Origin: Marsupella aquatica
Taxonomy: Eukaryota > Plantae > Marchantiophyta
Reading direction: 5' to 3'
Length of the DNA: 64,000 nt
Assembly: GCA_973895155.1 (NCBI GenBank)
Contig: OZ316897.1
Location: forward strand, 1,266,515-1,330,514
Below the pieces are notes generated by a model, which saw only the letters and a list, made by a program, of their open reading frames with translations, did not search any database and was not told the origin of the DNA. Below are positions 60,535 through 64,000 of the stretch, piece after piece (within the stretch, counting starts at the first letter, position 1; each line of letters opens with the position of its first letter). The position numbers and the translations under genes were made by a program.

Positions 60535-63500
60535 GAAGACGCCGACTGGAAACCATCCTAGTGTGCCATTAGTCCAATGTTGCAAGGGTCACCCTGATGG
60601 ACTCCACAACATGAGAAAGGGTATTGTCAGCATTTGCCGGATTTATCGATTGCATAAATGTGATGACAAGGCACTGCAAGAAATTAAATAAACACTCACC
60701 TTCAAATATGTGGGTCGAATCTTGATTGGTTTCCCGCAAGTACAAAGGAAATCATAGATGTGGTCATCCTCCATTGCCTTCAAACCCTTCGCCAGGACCT
60801 CTGATCTCTCTGGGTACGCCGCATGGCCTTTCCAACAATTTGGGCACACCACGGGTAACTCATATGTGGAGGACGGATCCCAGAAGAATGCATTTTCTTT
60901 TGCTTTTGCGCCATCCCACCATTCTTTGATAACATCATCATCACGCACACTACTAGGGAGTAACCAGCGTCCTCGCTCCCGCCACATTGTCAGAATTTTG
61001 TGACATATGCTTCTTGATTTGCACAAGTGCCTAATCAATGGCCCAATCAGGAGGTAGTAAAACTTTATCATATGTTTACATTGAAGTTGACAATCAGGGA
61101 CATCACAGCGGTCACTGCAAAATTCACAATCTCTGCACTTTACTTTCTAGTCATGCATTTGGTGCACACTTTGCAAGACGGGTTGTTTGCTCCTACAGGT
61201 AACTGGTTGTCTTGAGTGCTTGGGCCATATGCCTTTGGTTTGTGAAAATTGTTGTCCTGGCCAATACACAAACGCCATGTCTCTGGTTGCAGAACACCCA
61301 TCACCTCGTATGCAGATGCCAGCCCACTGAAGGTCCCAAGGGTCCGCCATCCCAATCTGTTCGGGAGTGCCTCAACAACGACCCAAGGTGGCATACCTTG
61401 GTAATCTACAACGGCGCTTGCATCCACCTGTTGAAACAAAGCTCTCAATATTTGGTCCTGCAAGTCTATAGAAACCTTTGCAGAATCCAACATCAATTGC
61501 ATTCTCCACGTCTCCCTGTAAATAGCCTCGTTTAAAGTCAGAGGAATTCCATCAAGTACAATCGTTGAATTGTCAGCGTCTACATGGGTATTTGGCGTTG
61601 GAGGGCAAGTTGCTTCAAACCATTCTTGTGATTCAGTAACCACATGAGGAATATAGTTTGAATCCCTATCAGGTCCAGTAGTTATCCCCAACAATGCTCT
61701 CTGAAGGAGCGTGCTTTGTATTCTCCATCTGTGCGTCCTTGACAACTTGGAGAAGTCGTGAGGAAAATTTTGGGAGGCATCAGACGGGGGCGCCCTCTCT
61801 TCGGCATAGCTTGGCCTATGTGTTGAAGGTGCTGGTGCAATAGGATTGCATAGAAGAAGTCTAGCATCAATTAGAATTCCTTTTTTATCCTTGATTGCAT
61901 GATGACCTCGCATCCTCTTACTGACAAAATCAAAGCCTGCACTAGTTCGTGAACACCTATACTTGCACTCACATTTTACTTTAAGGGTCACACTATGGTC
62001 ATCCATGTCCTCACTCGTCAGAACATCAAACGTCTTCAATCACATATATCACGGTAGAGGATGTGCGTGCTTTGACAAAAAGTCCAAGTTCCCGCTTCAA
62101 TCTTTCACTATTTCTTGAACCCCCACTTGAATAAGTGAACCAATTGCTATATTTTGAGCTGTTGTGTTTGCCACCACTGAAGACAAACAAATTGTCTGGC
62201 AAGCGTATTCATTGTGGGACCTACGCAATCCACAGGGTCAGTGGTATTCAAATTTCCCCATTCCTGTGGTTGCTGTTGCTGAAGGAAAGTAGAGTACCAA
62301 TGTGGCTGACTCTTCCCTTTCTGTGGGGTTTCATAGATGTCCCTTAAAAATTTATTCAAAAAATTTTAAAAATAGATTTTTAAACTGCAATGGTTGTTGG
62401 AATCCATTTTGTCCCAATCTGATAGGTGTCTTTCAAATAGTACATACCCATGCTTAGGGAAGATGTTATCGTAAATTAAGTGCATCCAAATAGGTTGTGT
62501 TACCTTGTAAGAAAGGTAGTACATGCTCTCCTACTATTTTGTTTGGATGTTTTTGTCAACGCTCACATGTACTACAGATTGAAAGGAAACATAAAAGAAA
62601 AATGCAGTTAAATTGGGGGACATTTAACTAGGGTAATTAAGAGCAAGATTATATATGATTTGGGTTCTAAGGTGTGCTTTTTTTAAGGTAACTAAAAGAT
62701 TAACATAGATCAATAGGTGTGACATTAACCAAGCCCATATCAAATATATTCCACAATATATCCACTTATGTCACCAATGGGAGTAGGGTGTATTGTTGGT
62801 TTAGACCAAGAAGTCGAGGTGTCTCAATCTTGACTTGGAATTTTCTAAAATCTTTAAACTATCATGACTTGATATCCAAATCTGTAAACTTCTTATTCTA
62901 TCTCTTATGTAATAGCAAATTGGATTTTTGTTTCTATGATGGATTATTCTTAGAATGTTTGTTGCAGATACCTACAATAGAGAGAAATTATCCTTAATAT
63001 CCATGTAAGAGAGCATGCATACCAAATTAATCTCATTAAATCCTGTGGGTAAGAACTACAAGGTAAAGATAATTCATTTAGTTTGTTGAAAAACCAATAA
63101 CAAATACAAGGTAAATAATAATTATTGATGTCATATGTGCATGATACTTGCAATAACATAAGTTCAAATTGAAATATATAATTAAGATTGAGAATTTGGT
63201 GAAAGATTATATTCAACAAGAAGATTGGTTCACCTTTTAACCAATGATCTATCTAAAGCTCTAACCTCTACCTTAATTGTTTGGAGCTAAAGTACATTGG
63301 TGTGATCAATGTCAAATCCTAAAGCTAGCATCTCTCCACATCTCATCCACACTAAATATATCTCACTTCTTTGCCTAATACATAAGGGAGTGCATAATAA
63401 TTTGATGTTGCTACATGAAGCTGCACCGTTCTTGATAACAATTGTTTTGTGCAGCTTTATTTGCTTTTGCAAATCATGAGCTCATTAGCAGGGGACCAAA

Positions 63501-64000
63501 GCCCGCCACTAAGGTTTATGAGGGTGGACCAGAAAATTCCATCTCTACATCATTTGAGTCGTGCCTCAAGTTTTCAAGACTAACCCAGAGGTCTAGGGAT
63601 CAAATTGCAACTTTTGTGTGCAAGTAAATTAATAACCTTTCGAGGGTAGAAAATAGTGAGGGAGCCGCCATTTCCGTTGTGACATTGAACTCAGAGGCGG
63701 CTTTTGTATTAATTGGGCTCAAATTCACTCAATTGTTGTTGGGTGGCCAAAATCATGCAACCATGTATTAGTTGTTGCAGTCATGGGCAGTTTGGGTACA
63801 GCACCTCAAGAACGTAATCCATGAGGGCATCCCCTTTGGCATACTTATTTGCTAATTGTTTACATATATGGTCATGAAGAGAATTATTACAGTGCTTGCT
63901 TAATTAGTGGTGTTAGAGTACTCAAGAGACAAATTGCCTGGGGTAAAAACTTTTGCTTTTTCCAGGGGTGAGGTCACCCCAATGTCACTCTCATATTACC

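Larger units (their letters stand above)
57333..62039 (-). pseudogene. EnSpm/CACTA (CMC)-like TnpD-type transposase, multi-exon, disrupted by a solo LTR, a MITE and stops
   Basis: Motifs in order: EWWDG, GDPCNIGLMAH*DGFQ, FMEPVYRDL, TNDHPA...PCRRC, YDVMHV, FKAEEY, HGPHWVYWCYPFE. Element termini not found. Confidence 0.85.

Overview
Repeat-rich, intron-containing eukaryotic DNA, most likely a non-seed land plant (liverwort/bryophyte-like; inferred from the secreted multi-intron polyphenol oxidase and the TE set). There is one clear host gene, a PPO at 30254-32618. The rest is nested transposons: the right end of a CACTA element (to 4126) inserted into a decayed Ty3/Gypsy element whose long 3' LTR carries an ORF; a 9.7-kb Mutator-like element with ~900-bp TIRs, a perfect 9-bp TSD and a convergent second gene; a Copia remnant; several MITEs with 8-bp TSDs; a solo LTR; and a decayed EnSpm/CMC-like transposase region. 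The main candidate system is an apparently intact 13,061-bp TIR element (39381-52441, AATT TSD, Sola1-like DDD/E transposase). It also carries a spliced ~1396-aa ParB/Srx-like + beta-class amino-DNA-methyltransferase-like protein and an FCP1-like HAD phosphatase, and has a 25-bp palindrome arrayed in its introns and transposase leader. Domain calls come from motifs recognised by eye, not database searches; exon models are manual.
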